The translations under genes were made by a program, and so were the position numbers. A stretch of DNA of 64,000 bases, taken from assembly GCA_026770705.1 (NCBI GenBank), contig JANJGN010000026.1, forward strand, positions 31,124,001 to 31,188,000, read 5' to 3'. Numbering within the stretch: the stretch's first letter is position 1; each line of letters starts with the position of its first letter. Of this stretch, positions 38,841 through 51,232 are shown piece after piece. A model generated the notes under the pieces. The model worked only from the letters and a program-made list of their open reading frames with translations, was not told the origin of the DNA and did no database searches. This DNA comes from Isurus oxyrinchus (lineage: Eukaryota).

Positions 38841-39740
38841 CTGGAGCCCATTTCAGTCCTTCCTTCCATTTAACTCACTCACCCGCACTGGGCTCGGATT
38901 GTACTTTGATGGGCCAGAGATCCACCAATCCTTCTCTCGCTTTCGATGAATTATTTATTGCTGCTTCTAAATGAACATTCCCCCAATTTACAACTTACAA
39001 TTGTTTCCTTATGTTCCTGTTCTCCTTTATAAGATTAATGCATCACCCTCTCTATCTCACTGCACTGTGTTGTTTCACACACAGTAATCAGGGATACAGA
39101 TAAATTACAGCAATCACATCTCTCAAACATCTACATTCAATATAGAGAAGCGGCTGCAGTTCCAAACTTACACATTTCAGTCTGAGGGCGGAAAAGTAGG
39201 AAAGTGTTTGGTTATGTGAAAGAAATGGCGGGGACAATGTCACTAATTTCAGTCACTGATTGTCCAATAATAAAATTCTATCTGGACCCACATCAGGATT
39301 TCTTATATCTGAAGGCCGTTGTTTCACTTTCCCGTTTTTCTCCCGGGTCAGGTATGGAACGAGCCGCTGCAGGTATCCGAACTGGCCGCAGTTGTGCTGA
39401 GTTTATTCACCCGGTACCTCATTCCGCGGCTCGGACTGCAATCTGCTGCCCAGGAGAGAGCTCTGTGAACCCGCTCCCGGGCTCTAAGGGACAGACAGAG
39501 CTCCGTCGGTCACAGTTAGCACCGGGAGTGGAGTCCGGATTGTCGACAATCTGCGCTCATTAAAAGCGATTCAAAGTGTGAGAGTCCGTGATGTTGATGT
39601 TGTCACCGATGTGCCTGTTAAACCAATAATGGTCCAGATTCTGTCAACTCCCACATCCCACCCAAACTCCACTGATATCAATAATAAACTGATGGTGAAC
39701 GTTACCCGGGACAGGCTATAACCCGGCGGGGTTTGGAACT

Positions 39741-39838
39741 ACTTACCGGCTGTGACAGTCACCACTGTCCCGGATCCATCCACATATTTAGTATACCACC
39801 ACAGTTACACCGCTCTCAGTCTCCCCGGTACAAGAACC
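39741..39838 (-). CDS. NAR-TCR-type J segment (coding 39799-39747) with 23-RSS
   Basis: GGTTCTTGT-23bp-AACTGTG, then WYTKYVDGSGTVVTVTA and G|GTAAGT phase-1 donor. Confidence 0.92.
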
Positions 39839-40153
39839 ACCGACACCTCGACCTGGCGGTAAATCATCATCAGACAGTAGAAACCACCCAATTATTCAGC
39901 GGATTTAAATAAATAAACAATATTCCATGTTTCAAAGTCTCTCTCGGTTCAAACTGTTCTTTGTGAGGCGCTGAGCTCTGAGTAAATGGTCCCGAAAGCG
40001 AGATGTTCGCTTCATATAAACCGAGAAAAATATCAAAGAACGATAACTGAATGGTGGAAATTACAATGAAATGGAACCAGATTCCAGCTATAATAACATC
40101 AACCCGACAATTCACTATCCGGGCCCGGAGAATTTATATTTAAATTATACAGA

Positions 40154-40226
40154 GGTGTTTGTTCAGGTCTCTCCCACTGTGACTTCCCCACCCATACACA
40201 CAGTGTTACAAGTCAGCATAAAATCC
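40154..40226 (-). other. NAR-TCR-type D segment (coding 40198-40182 TGTATGGGTGGGGAAGT), 12/12 RSS
   Basis: GGATTTTAT-12-CACTGTG, D, CACAGTG-12-ACAAACACC; both heptamers perfect. Confidence 0.92.
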
Positions 40227-40548
40227 CCCGGGCAGTTGGTACGATTTGGGGACATTAGTTAAACAGCGGGGACTACGGTTCCCGGTTCCAGCTGCTAGAC
40301 CAGGATCACATCTGCCGTTAGAGGTTTCTAACTGGGATCAATCATTCCCATTTCCCATTCACTGACACCAATCCCAGGAAAGACATCACCATCCGCACAC
40401 ACTGGGCATTTATAAAACAAGATGTTAACAGCAATAATCCAATCTCATTATAAACTAGACTGTGGGGCAGACGGTGTGAGGCGGAACTGTGGGGCTTTAA
40501 CTGCAGAACTCCGCTTTTTCATTTGTTTCTGTGATAATCTGCAGTGAG

Positions 40549-40586
40549 AGTTTTTGTATCGCGGGAAGCCGAGACCCATCACTGTG
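40549..40586 (-). other. RSS (22-bp spacer) of the rearranging NAR-TCR V
   Basis: CACAGTG, 22 bp, ACAAAAACT. Confidence 0.92.
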
Positions 40587-41061
40587 CTGCTCCAGTACTG
40601 AGCTTTACAGTAATACGTGGCGGTGTCCTCAACTCTCAATTCCCGAATTTCCAGCGAAAATGTATTTTGTGCTTTATTCACCGACACAGCAAATCTTCCC
40701 CCGCTGGAGATCCGCTCCCACTCTGTCCCGGTCTGGGTTTGTTTGAAGAAATGTCCCGTTTGGAAATAATGCCACGAAGCAGCGGAGAAAACACAGGTGA
40801 TGGTGAGAGACTGACACTCCTTCCTGGTCACCGCTGCCGGGGTCTGTGTCACTGACTGACTGAAGGAGCCTGGAAATTAAACAGAGAGAGTTCAATGGAC
40901 CATCGGAGCTGAACCAGAGAACGGGGTTAAAACCCCAGACAATTGTCTGTAATTGGGATGGACTCGGGCAGCTTTATATTAAATCCACAAAATGTCGGTT
41001 TGTTTGATCGGTACTCACGGGGTAAACAGACACAGAGGGTGAAAACAAGAAGGATTCCCAT
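40587..41061 (-). CDS. Rearranging NAR-TCR-type V (leader 41061-41019, V exon 40869-40587), intact
   Basis: MGILLVFTLCVCLP, GTGAGT; RSFSQSVTQTPAAVTRKECQSLTITC..RISSGGRFAVSVNKAQNTFSLEIRELRVEDTATYYCKAQYWS. NAR-like CDR2 deletion, FR1 Cys, TATAAA at ~41091-41086. Confidence 0.93.
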
Positions 41062-41879
41062 CGTTCTGCTGCCTGGAGCTGAGGGTTTATATGACAGGGA
41101 GCTGTAGACTGCAGCCCTGGACTGCTCTGGGAGACCGGACCTCAGAGCTGGACTGAAATACTTTCGCGGGGCCGAGTTGATTTCCACAGGGCAGTTCCGC
41201 TGAGGTCATTGACGGGCCGCACGGTTCGAGTCGCTGGCTAAGTGTAGTGTGAATAAGAGACAGGTTTATAAAAGGAGGCTGCAATTTTCTGACTCTACAT
41301 TTGGATTGTGATCCGGATGTGAAAGCCCCTCCCACAATTCTCTGGTGTACGGGGGTGGGGGAGGGGAGCTTTTCTTTCTGCCGGTTGTGTTGCCGCCTTC
41401 CTTTCCCCTCAGTAATGAACTGGGAGGTCGGTGAATGTGTTTGTATTGGGTGGTGTTTGTTAAAGATGGAATGTGGGCCCAGGACACCAGGAGAATTCCC
41501 CCGCCCCGCTCTTACTCCAATATTCCGGAGATTGTTTAACATCGCCCTGAACGGACTGGCGGAACCTCAGTTAGACGTCAGACCTGAAGTTTCAGACTCG
41601 GCATCTTTCCTGGTCTGGCAACTGGGGGCCAGGTTACACTATGAGGGAGTCCAGTGACATTGCCAATATCCTGGCAGATGTACACAACATACGCAAATAC
41701 TAAGTAGCAGCTCGTTACCTTAATTGGCTAGGTGGCTAGTGTCAGCTTCGGAATAATGCCAATAGTACGGGATGTGGAAGCATAGGAACATACGAACAGG
41801 AGAAGGCCATTCAGCCCGTCGAGCCTGCTCCGCCATTCAATACAATCATGGCTGATCGAACACTTCAAAGCCTTTTTAA

Positions 41880-42400
41880 GCAGTAGTAATTCAGGCATGT
41901 CCGAGCGTAATGCAAGCAGACATGGGTAATGTCGCAATAAATGAGATTGGGTCTCATGTACCTCAACAGAGACACAGACTATGGTAATATAAAGAGTGAC
42001 ATTATCTGGTGTAATACTGGGACAGGATGTTGCCTAACACAAATGGAGATTACCTCTTGCAATAATAACTGAGATATGACATAGCCAAAGATGCAATCTA
42101 TTGCAAATAACTGAAAAAGGAACGAATGCAATATAAAGTGAGATGTGGTCTAGTGTAGTTCGATTGGGGCAGTGTTTAGTATAATATAAACATAAGCATT
42201 AAAATGCTGTAGTCAGTAATATCAAAAGTAGGGCCTCGTCTACCATAAGCGGAGGCATATCGAATGCAGTAACAGCTAAGACATCATCTAGTGTAACAGT
42301 GCAGTAATAAATGAGGCGACCTCTGGTTTAATATAAACAGAGGGATTTTACAGTGCACTAATAAATGAGTATTTCTTAATCCTTGAGTAACTGTGTACGA
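41880..42400 (-). repeat. Degenerate 27-bp satellite, reverse orientation
   Basis: ..gcaataaatgag../..tagtgtaatataaa.. units. Confidence 0.65.
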
Positions 42401-44109
42401 CCAGGCACTGAGTTTATGCACTGAGGTGGCCGTCACTCAATTCACAATAAAGGTGCTCAGATTCCTATACCACGAGTTTGTTTTATTTTAACTTGCTGTT
42501 TTTTTTTTTCCTGTTAGCTGTGTGCTAATGTTTGCCTTTGTTTTCCATTGTTTCCTTTAGCGTCATCCCCATTTTCCTGATTAAAATCTCCAGGATTCTC
42601 CAATTTTTATGTTTCCTGGTGTCACTGAGGAGTCTACAAACTATGTGTGCGTCCGAGAACTTCAGTCAGTGTCAGTCTCTCTTGTCCATTTGTATTATAC
42701 AGAGCAGTGATGATCCCTTTCCCGCAGTTCACTGCAGCAAGTGTCATATGGGAGAATAGCTATTATCAACTATTTACTTTATCTGCCTTTATATTTATAA
42801 ATACATTTCTGCTATCCTGTCCTCACCTCAGCATTATACATCTCTCTGTTAATATGTCTCTCTACCACTCAATGTAAACAATCTCACCTTTATTTATGTC
42901 CCTCTGTTAGTGTTTCTCTGCATTATCACCATATTGAGTCTCATTTTTATCAAACTCCCTACGCATTGCCCATCGTTCTTCGTCTCAACGTTATATTCGG
43001 CATTGTGTAGGTGTCTGAAAGCATGCAGACAGACACAGGGCTAATCCGTAGACTAGGTACACATTCGCCTGTCACAGCTCAATGTTTCAAATCTTTAACT
43101 GGTGAGAGCAGACGGCACTGAAATTATTCACCATGGGGACCTCATTCGCTGATCTTCCAGGTAGGTCTCTCAAGCCTTTAACCATTGAGGCCAGACAGAC
43201 ACTGAGCCGATATACGATGGTGATGGTGGAGGCGGCGGCGGAAGGATGGGGTTTCACTCACCGTCACCGGAACATTGTTCAGGTTTTAAACATTCGGTAT
43301 AAAGTGTGGGGCCGATGCACTGTGGAGCAGGCGGCACTCCGTGCATAGGGACAATGTGCAGATCTTCCTTTCAATCACTGCCATCGCACGATTCAATAAT
43401 TTTAACTCGCTGTCTCCTTTTCTGCTTCCTGCCTGGATTTGTTAACTCTAGTTATATAATTTCTGCTTTTATTTATGCTTCTCTCTCTCTCTCCCTCTTC
43501 CGTTTCCAATCCACAGGATCCCCCGCTGCCAGGCGGTGAGAAATTCTCCGTCTATTTACTGAATTCGCTGGACTTTCTTTATATGAGCAGCTGGGTTTGG
43601 GCGGCTGAGAGGAGTCGTGAGGTGCGGGGAGTCCCCTGGGGGTTCGGGGGTTGGGGGTGTCCCGTGGGGGGAGTTGGAGTCTGAGAGGTGGGGGAGTCCC
43701 TGGGAGTTCGGGGTTGTGGAAGGAGACTCGTGGGCGTCAGTGTGGCTCTGTACAAAGTTACCCAGAAGCTAGAAGTGGTTTTAATTCTAACTTTTTCTGG
43801 GCAACTCTTGATGTCGGACAGTCGGAACCATTCGAGGTTTGCAATGTAAATTGTATTTTCTGTTTGCTCCCAGTACAGAGCAATTGCCCATGGGAAGTTT
43901 CTACTTCCCGGACAATTGCCGTGTAAACCTTGCCTGGGAACTCCGGGCGGGGTGTTCCCCGGCGCATCTTTGGTGTATCTTCCACTTACACGGCCTTGGA
44001 GCTCGGACGTCATAGCCCAAAAAAATGTTACGGTTTTCTTGCTCTTTTAAGGAAGCTCCGCCTGAATCTGACACCAAGGTTGAATATTTGCCCTTGTTTC
44101 CCGGTGTTC

Positions 44110-44128
44110 GAGCGCCCTCTGCTGAGCA
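44110..44128 (-). promoter_or_regulatory. CTCF-binding-element-like motif
   Basis: Minus strand TGCTCAGCAGAGGGCGCTC. Confidence 0.5.
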
Positions 44129-44380
44129 TTAACTGAGCCGCTCGTTCTGGCATTTTGACCGGGATCCGCCGTGTCTCTGCCGTGGGGCTTGTGCACAGAA
44201 ATACTCGGCTGCGTGGCAGTTAAAGCCTCAGCTCCGTTATCTTGGTAGTTCTGTTAAGTGTAGAAGAGAATTGACCAACAATGTCTGTCTTTTTGTTTTC
44301 ATTCGCACCGATCAGATTATTGGGGAGCTGTGGATGTTTTGCTCGGGCTGCTGACTATACCAGAACAAATGGTTATGGAG

Positions 44381-44472
44381 CAAAAATAAAAATAGCTGGA
44401 AAAACTCCGCAGGTCTGACAGCATCTGCGGAGAGGAAGACAGTTAACGTTTCGAGTCCGCATGACTCTTTGT
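44381..44472. mobile_element. Short Penelope-derived insertion with 12-bp target duplication
   Basis: ATGGTTATGGAG at 44369-44380 and 44473-44484. Confidence 0.8.
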
Positions 44473-45391
44473 ATGGTTATGGAGATATGTTTTCAAGATG
44501 CAGATCACGTGGTATTACTGCCGTCTTCGGCATCATTTCAGCAACCGACCCGACCACTGTGTCTGGATGGCTCCATCCTAACAAAGTAGTCGGGTAGATG
44601 TCATCATTATCAGGATCATCACAATTATTTCAAGTAGCTTCATCAGCAGCAGCATCACCTTACAATTAATAACATGTGGGTTACAGCAGTCAGGGGGAGA
44701 ACGGATTTTTTCTGGGAAGGAAATACTTAGTGAGAAGTGATATAATGACGAGGACCGGGTGTGATATAATTCCCCATGATGTTCCCTGACTCTGTAACTC
44801 TGCAGTCCGCCAAATCCTGTCAGGGCAGAAGTGCAGATTCCCGGCGCACTGTACTGTTGATCCAACCAACGTCAAACCAGAAACAGTGGAAAACACCTTC
44901 CAAATCACAGGAAAGAAAGGAAGGTCAGAGCGAGAGAAACGAACAGAACTATGGGGGAGGCGGCCGCGGGCACTGTTGTCACTCGTAAAATCTATCGAAA
45001 TGAGCTGAATTCAAGACTAATGCGCTCAACAGAAATTATATAATTCCGCCGGTCTGTAAGGACTGCGTTACGTTCCTAGTTATTTCAAATCTGGGCAAAA
45101 CAGTCTGGCGACAGGAATTAGAGGATTGTTATATTATTCTGTAATTACAGATACTTTCATAGTTGAAATCAGTTAAAACAAGGGGCTGAATCTGTCGTGG
45201 CGAACAGAACAACTGGGCATCCCATCCCAATGTACTGGAGCTGTGCTGTTGATTAACACTGAAATAAACTTCCCAATTATGGGTCTCTAAGGAAACGTCA
45301 CACTAATGGGCATACATACGTGATCAAACGCAATTTCTCCTCAAGTATTGTTAAGCAACTATCTGTCAGGTGGTGGAAATCCACGGCCTGA

Positions 45392-45410
45392 TGCGCCACC
45401 TGGTGGCCGA
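45392..45410 (-). promoter_or_regulatory. CTCF-binding-element-like motif just downstream of a V RSS
   Basis: Minus strand TCGGCCACCAGGTGGCGCA, near-consensus; ~40 bp past the nonamer of the pseudo-V. Confidence 0.6.
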
Positions 45411-45448
45411 ATTTAATGAATCTTATTTTCTCTGATCTCACAAAACAC

Positions 45449-46534
45449 GGCAATGGTGCGAGTTGTCCCGAGGCCTTTCTCACTGAGGGTCTCAGCACAC
45501 AGTAATTCACGGGGTTGTCAGCGACCTGAAGCCCAGTCAAGGTAGAAGCAGCTATATTATTGGGTTAAAACAAAAAAACTGCGGATGCTGGAAATCCAAA
45601 ACAAAAACAGAATTACCTGGAAAAACTCAGCAGGTCTGGCGGCATCGGCGGAGAAGAAAAGAGTTGACGTTTCGAGTCCTCATGACCCTTCGACAGAACT
45701 TGAGTTCGAGTCCAAGAAAAAGTTGAAATTTAAGGTGTGTGTGTGGTGGGCGGAGAGATAGAGAGACAGAGAGAGAGAGGTTGGGGGGGGTGGTTTGGGG
45801 GGGTGGGGGGTTGGGGGTGTGGTTGTATGGACAAACAAGCAGTGATAGAAGCAGATCATCAAAAGATGTCAACGACAATGGTACAATAGAACACATAGGT
45901 GTTAAAGTTAAAGTTGGTGATATTATCTAAACGAATGTGCTAATTAAGAATGGATGGTAGGGCACTCAAGGTATAGGTCTAATGGGGTGGGGAGAGCATA
46001 AAATATTTTAAAATATTAAAAAATAATGAAAATAGGTGGGAAAAGAAAAATCTATATAATTTATTGGAAAAAAAAGAAAGGGGGAAACAGAAATGGGGTG
46101 GGGATGGGGGAGGGAGCTCACGACCTAAACTTGTTGAATTCAATATTCAGTCCAGAAGGCTGTAAGGTGCAGCCTAGTCGGAAGATGAGGTGTTGTTCCT
46201 CCAGTTTGCGTTGGGCTTCACTGGAACAATGCAGCAAGCCAAGGACAGACATGTGGGCAAGAGAGCAGGGTGGAGTGTTAAAATGGCAAGCGACAGGGAG
46301 GTTTGGGTCATTCTTACGGTATTTTTCGAATGACTGAAAAGCGATGTTTAATGTTCTTTCCACAAGAATGTGCCCGAATTTCGAAATCTGGAGCTGAGTT
46401 CTGGTTTTGACGATGAAGCTGCAAAAATTAATTCACATCGGAAGTTGAATAGATGCAATTTATGCTCATCGTGATTCCTTCCAGTTATTGGGCTTCTGTT
46501 GACCACTCTCCGACGGAACCTCCGGAACTCAATC
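45449..46534 (-). pseudogene. TCR alpha/delta-type V pseudogene split by a Penelope-like insertion
   Basis: Acceptor atttctgcag; GLSSGGSVGE..*LEGITMSINCIYSTSDVN*FLQLHRQ..APDF..HRFS, insertion, then LTGLQVADNPVNYCVLR; mutated heptamer CTCAGTG at 45487-45481. Confidence 0.8.
45565..46318 (-). mobile_element. Penelope-like element 3' fragment
   Basis: PVACHFNTPPCSLAHMSVLGLLHCSSEAQRKLEEQHLIFRLG; closely similar to 47375-48110. Confidence 0.88.
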
Positions 46535-46574
46535 CTGCAGAAATTATTTCATGGTTGACCATGGAAACATAATG

Positions 46575-46702
46575 AACAGATAGATAGATAGATTAGATAG
46601 ACGGATGGATGGATGGATAAATAGACAGATGGAGGGTGGACAGGTGGAGTGATGGACGGATGGACAAACAAAGGATTGGAGAAATGGATGGATGGACGGA
46701 TG
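46575..46702. repeat. (GATA)n/(GGAT)n microsatellite
   Basis: Directly visible. Confidence 0.85.
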
Positions 46703-47374
46703 TAAAAGCAGAAAATGCTGGAAAAGCTCAACAGGTCTGACAGCATCTGTGGAGATACAACCAGTGTTAACGGGTTAGAGTCCGTATGACTCTTCTACAG
46801 TTGGATGAATGGATCGGTGGAGTGTGGGTGGATGTGCCGGAAAAATGCTTTTCCACATTTTCAGCTTCACGATTCACTGATCCATAACTTGCCCCAGGCC
46901 CTTTATTCCATTTGTGTCTGTCTGGTGCTTTCAGTCCTTCCCGATTTTCTGGATAATTCCATTTCCTTGGCTGTTGACAACTGACGAGCTGAACGTCACC
47001 AAGTGCAACCTGCAGATATCCCTGCGGTGCTGATGATCCTTTTCTGGTGATGCTGAATCTTCATCTCAAAGTTAGAAAGCGGCTTCATGACTGTGATGAG
47101 AAACGGGGATTATAACATGTGCAACATGCGGCCTTTTCATGCACAACAAAGCATTCAGCATATCCTCAACCAAATTACTTCAATCGCAGCAGATGTTTGC
47201 ATACATACATTTTTCACATTTCCCTGGTAATTTCTTGCAGCTCTGTGATTCTGGTGCAGTCCACCATTCTGAACACCAAGGGAAAAGCGTGCATGAACTG
47301 TGACTTTCTTAAAGGCAAAATATTGATTGAAAACCGATTGTCACAATGAAACATATCCAATGGGTATTACAGAT

Positions 47375-48830
47375 TAAAAGCAAAAAACTGTGGATGCTGG
47401 AAATCCAAAACAAAAACAAAAATGCCTGGAAAAACTCAGCAGGTCTGGCAGCATCTGTGGAGAGGAACACAGTTAACGTTTCGAGTCCGAATGACCCTTC
47501 AACAGAACTAAGTAAAAATAGAAGAGAGGTGAAATATAAGCTGGTTTGGGGGGTTGGCGTTGGGGAGGGGGTAGGTGGAGTTGGACAAGAAGAGCTGGAT
47601 AGAGGGCCAGTGATCGTTGGAGATAACCAAAAGATGTCACAGACAGAAGGACAAAGAGGTTTTGAAGGGGGTGATATTATCTAAGGAATGTGCTAATTAA
47701 GGGTAGAAAGCAGGACGAGCAAGGTACAGATAGCCCTAGTGGGGGTGGTGTAGGGGGAAGGGATCGAAATAGGCTAAAAGGTAGAGATAAAACAATGGAT
47801 GGAAATACACTTAAAATAATGGAAATAGGTGGGAAAAGAAAAATCTATATAAATTATTGGAAAAAACAAAAAGGAGGGGGAAAATCGGAAAGGGGGTGGG
47901 GATGGAGAACGAGTTCATGATCTAAAATTGTTGAACTCAATATTCAGTCTGGAAGGCTGTAAGGTGCCTAGTCAGAAGATGAGGTGCTGTTTCTCCAGTT
48001 TGTGTTGAGCTTCACTGGAACAATGCAGCAAGCCAAGGACGGACATGTGGGCATGAGAGCAGGGTGGAGTGTTGAAACAGTTAGCGACAGGGAGGTCTGG
48101 GTAATACTTGCGGACAGACCGAAGGTGATCTGCAAGGTGGTCACCCAGTCTGCGTTTGGTTTCTCCAATGTAGAGGAAACCGCATTGGGAGCAGCGAATG
48201 CAGTAGACTAAATTGAGGGAAGTGCAAGTGAAATGCTGCTTCACTTGAAAGGAGTGTTTGGGCCCTTGGACAGTGAGGAGAGGGGAAGTAAAGGGGCAGG
48301 TGTTGCACCTTCTGCTAATGCATGGGAAGGTGCCGAGGGAGGGAGTTGAGGTGTAGGGAGTGATGGAGGATTGGACCAGGGTGTCCCAGAGGAAACGATC
48401 CCTACGGATTGCCCCCAGGGGCGGGGGGGGGGGGGGGTGAAAGGAAGATGTGGCATCATGCTGGAGTTGGCGGAAATGGCGGAGGATGATCCTTTGAATG
48501 CGGATGCTGGTGGGATGATAAGTGAAGACAAGGGGGACCCTATCATGTTTCTGGGAGGGAGAAGAAGGTGTGAGGGTGGATGCGTGGGAGATGGGCCGGA
48601 CATGGTTGAGAGCCCTGTCAACCACCGTGGGTGGAAAACCTCCATTAAGGAAGAAGAAGGATATGTCAGAGGAACTGTTTTTGAAAGTGGCATCATCAGA
48701 ACAGATGCGACAGAGGAGAAGGAATTGAGAGAATGGGATGGAGTCCTTACAGGAAGCGGGGTGTGAGGAGCTGTAGTTGAGGTAGCTGTGAGAGTCGGTA
48801 GACTTATAATGGATATTGGTGGACAGTCAA
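47375..48830 (-). mobile_element. Penelope-like retroelement, GIY-YIG endonuclease region
   Basis: ORF 47972-48625: FTCTSLNLVYCIRCSQCGFLYIGETKRRLGDHLADH..PVANCFN. Confidence 0.92.
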
Positions 48831-49182
48831 CGAGAAATCAATGTGGGAATATTCAGTAATCAGCTTTCCATACAAATTTCTGCTCTGAATTTATAACTTG
48901 AAACCCTTTGCGAATGTTCAAAACTATGGCAAAATTATTAATATTGCTATTAATATAGTCATTTTATATTGGGGAAATGTTTTTAGGTAAACAGCACAGA
49001 GTTCCTTAATACACAATTGACCCTCCCTCATTGCAGAAGAGGATCTCTACCTTTAACGAGGATAACTACCTGCTCTGTACACATTGCCATTCATGTTCAA
49101 TGTCCCACTATCAGGAGTAACTGTCGCTGTGCTAACTAACAGAAACAGTGACAGACAAATGGAGAGACAGTTCCAGATCCAT

Positions 49183-50309
49183 GTGTAATGGCGTGGGAGA
49201 TGATAAGTGGCCAGGCAGACCAAATCCACAAGGGAAACGTGGTCACGCCATCACAAAGGTTTTCAATTTGTAATTATTATGAGAAGATGAGTGAACTGCC
49301 TTCAGAGGCGAAGAGTCCACTAAGACTTTTAGAGATTTAAAAAATTAAATTGTAATACAAAATAAAAGATTTCAAAAACATACAACTGCTATTAAACAAT
49401 ACTGTAGCAAATCCTAAAATTCTGAATTAACCTGACTCTCAGTTACACACCCCCTTTAAGGCAGTAGTCCAAAATAATAGAATCACAAAATCTCAGAATC
49501 ACACAGTGCAGAAGAGGCCCTTCGGCCCATCGAGTCTGCATGGACACATGAGAAACACCTGACCTATCTACCTAATCCTATTTACCAGCACTTGGCCCAT
49601 AGCCTTCAATGTTATGAAGTGCCAAATGCTCATCCAGGTACTTTTTAAAGGATGTGAGGCAACCCAGCTCCACGACCCTCCCAGGTGGTGTGATTTTAGA
49701 TTTCAAAGAAAACCAGCAAGATAACCCAGTAATCACTTCGCAGTGGAATTGTAAATGGTTTGCTCCAGCTTCAGTTACTGGACAGAGCCGGCTTATGCAC
49801 AAAAGGCTGGAGGCGTCTTGAAGGCTGTTTCACACACTCCTGTTAGATCTTACATGGTCCTCACATCACGTAGCCTTTCATTCTCCTTTATGTATTTTTA
49901 TCTCTCTTTAATATGTAAATTCTATTGCTCCATATGACTTTGGAGCGGTATCTTTCCTATAATAAAGAAAAATTCATGTTCCAATATTATCAGTAACCTT
50001 TGGGAAAAATAAACACACTCCTTAGCCTTGCTTAGCTGGCTACTTGTGAACTTAAAATCCATACAATCCTTTCATTTATCTAAAAAGGCAAACTCCCTTC
50101 CCATCTTGCATACTAAGCCAGCACCATGTTTATTCATTAGCATTTCAAACACTTTTCTACACCTAGCTTCTTTTGATAATTCCAAGCTTGCAGTCTATCT
50201 GACTCCAAATGTATTTAAATACATAGACAGAAACAAATATACTCACTCTCATAAACCTACTTTACTATAATCCAGAAAAATATTATGAAATTATTATACT
50301 TTTATAACA
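49183..50309 (-). mobile_element. Solo LTR related to 32603-33505, with nested LINE-tail fragment (~49478-49690)
   Basis: Reverse complement begins TGTTATAAAAGTATAATAATTTCATAATATTTTT (cf. 32603) and shares GTTTCCCTTGTGGATTTG. Confidence 0.7.
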
Positions 50310-50859
50310 ATAGCAAGCTGTCATATTGCAAACAATTTATAATTCTTGGTATTTTTGCCATTGATAGTGTTTAATAAACACCAGCTGTGCTTCACTCTAT
50401 TAATGATTTGATCTATTGATAGTTCCAAACCTTCAACTTTCCCATACAATCGATGGCTTGCAACTGAATGATGTTTCTCACTGTATCAATAATCCTCCAC
50501 CCTTTCACCACTCCTAATCGATTGGTGTTTCACAAGCTATTAATGGTCTCCAATTCTGAAACGATTCAAGGCCCAATGAATATTCTTTTGTTTAAGGAAA
50601 TGAGCGAGTTGGTCCACAAATCATTTGAATTACTGTGAAGTTCTGATTAACCTGGTTAGATCTTAGAGTACTACTCACACAGTGAAGGAGCTGTACTGTT
50701 GTCAGGTTCAAGATCACACCCACAGTCAGTGCCTGTCCTACCAGCGGAACTCTACGTTAGGGTTTGTGGTACAATTGGGGCCAGGTTCAGTCTGATTTAA
50801 CTATGTACCTATGTATAAAATTGAACCATTGGATGCCTGGATTTATATTTATTTCATAT

Positions 50860-51186
50860 TCATTCATTGGCTCAGTTGGTAGCACTTTCCCGTCTGACAT
50901 GAAACTGGGGGCTATCTGCCCTCTCAGGTCGATGTGAAAGATTCCATGATACTATTCCATCTGGAAGTGCAGGGAGTTATCCCCGGTGCCTTAACATTTA
51001 TCAGTTAATAAACATTTTAAAATACGCAGAGGCGCAGATTACCTGGTCATTATCATGTTGCGGTTTGTGGGAGCTTGCTGTGCTCAAACAGGCTGCAGTG
51101 TGTCCTACATTACCACTGTCAATACACATCATAAATGCATTTTTGGTTGTAAAACACTCAGACTTCTGGTGATCGTGAAAAGTGCT

Positions 51187-51190
<4 letters not shown>
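50860..51190 (+). mobile_element. tRNA-derived SINE followed by (TA)n (51190-51238)
   Basis: tggctcagttggtagcact A-box head; conserved SINE body. Confidence 0.7.

Positions 51191-51232
<42 letters not shown>

Noticed and set aside
44500-44565. TWYYCRLR motif with nearby CACTGTG
   Set aside because: No V framework upstream and heptamer lacks a nonamer.
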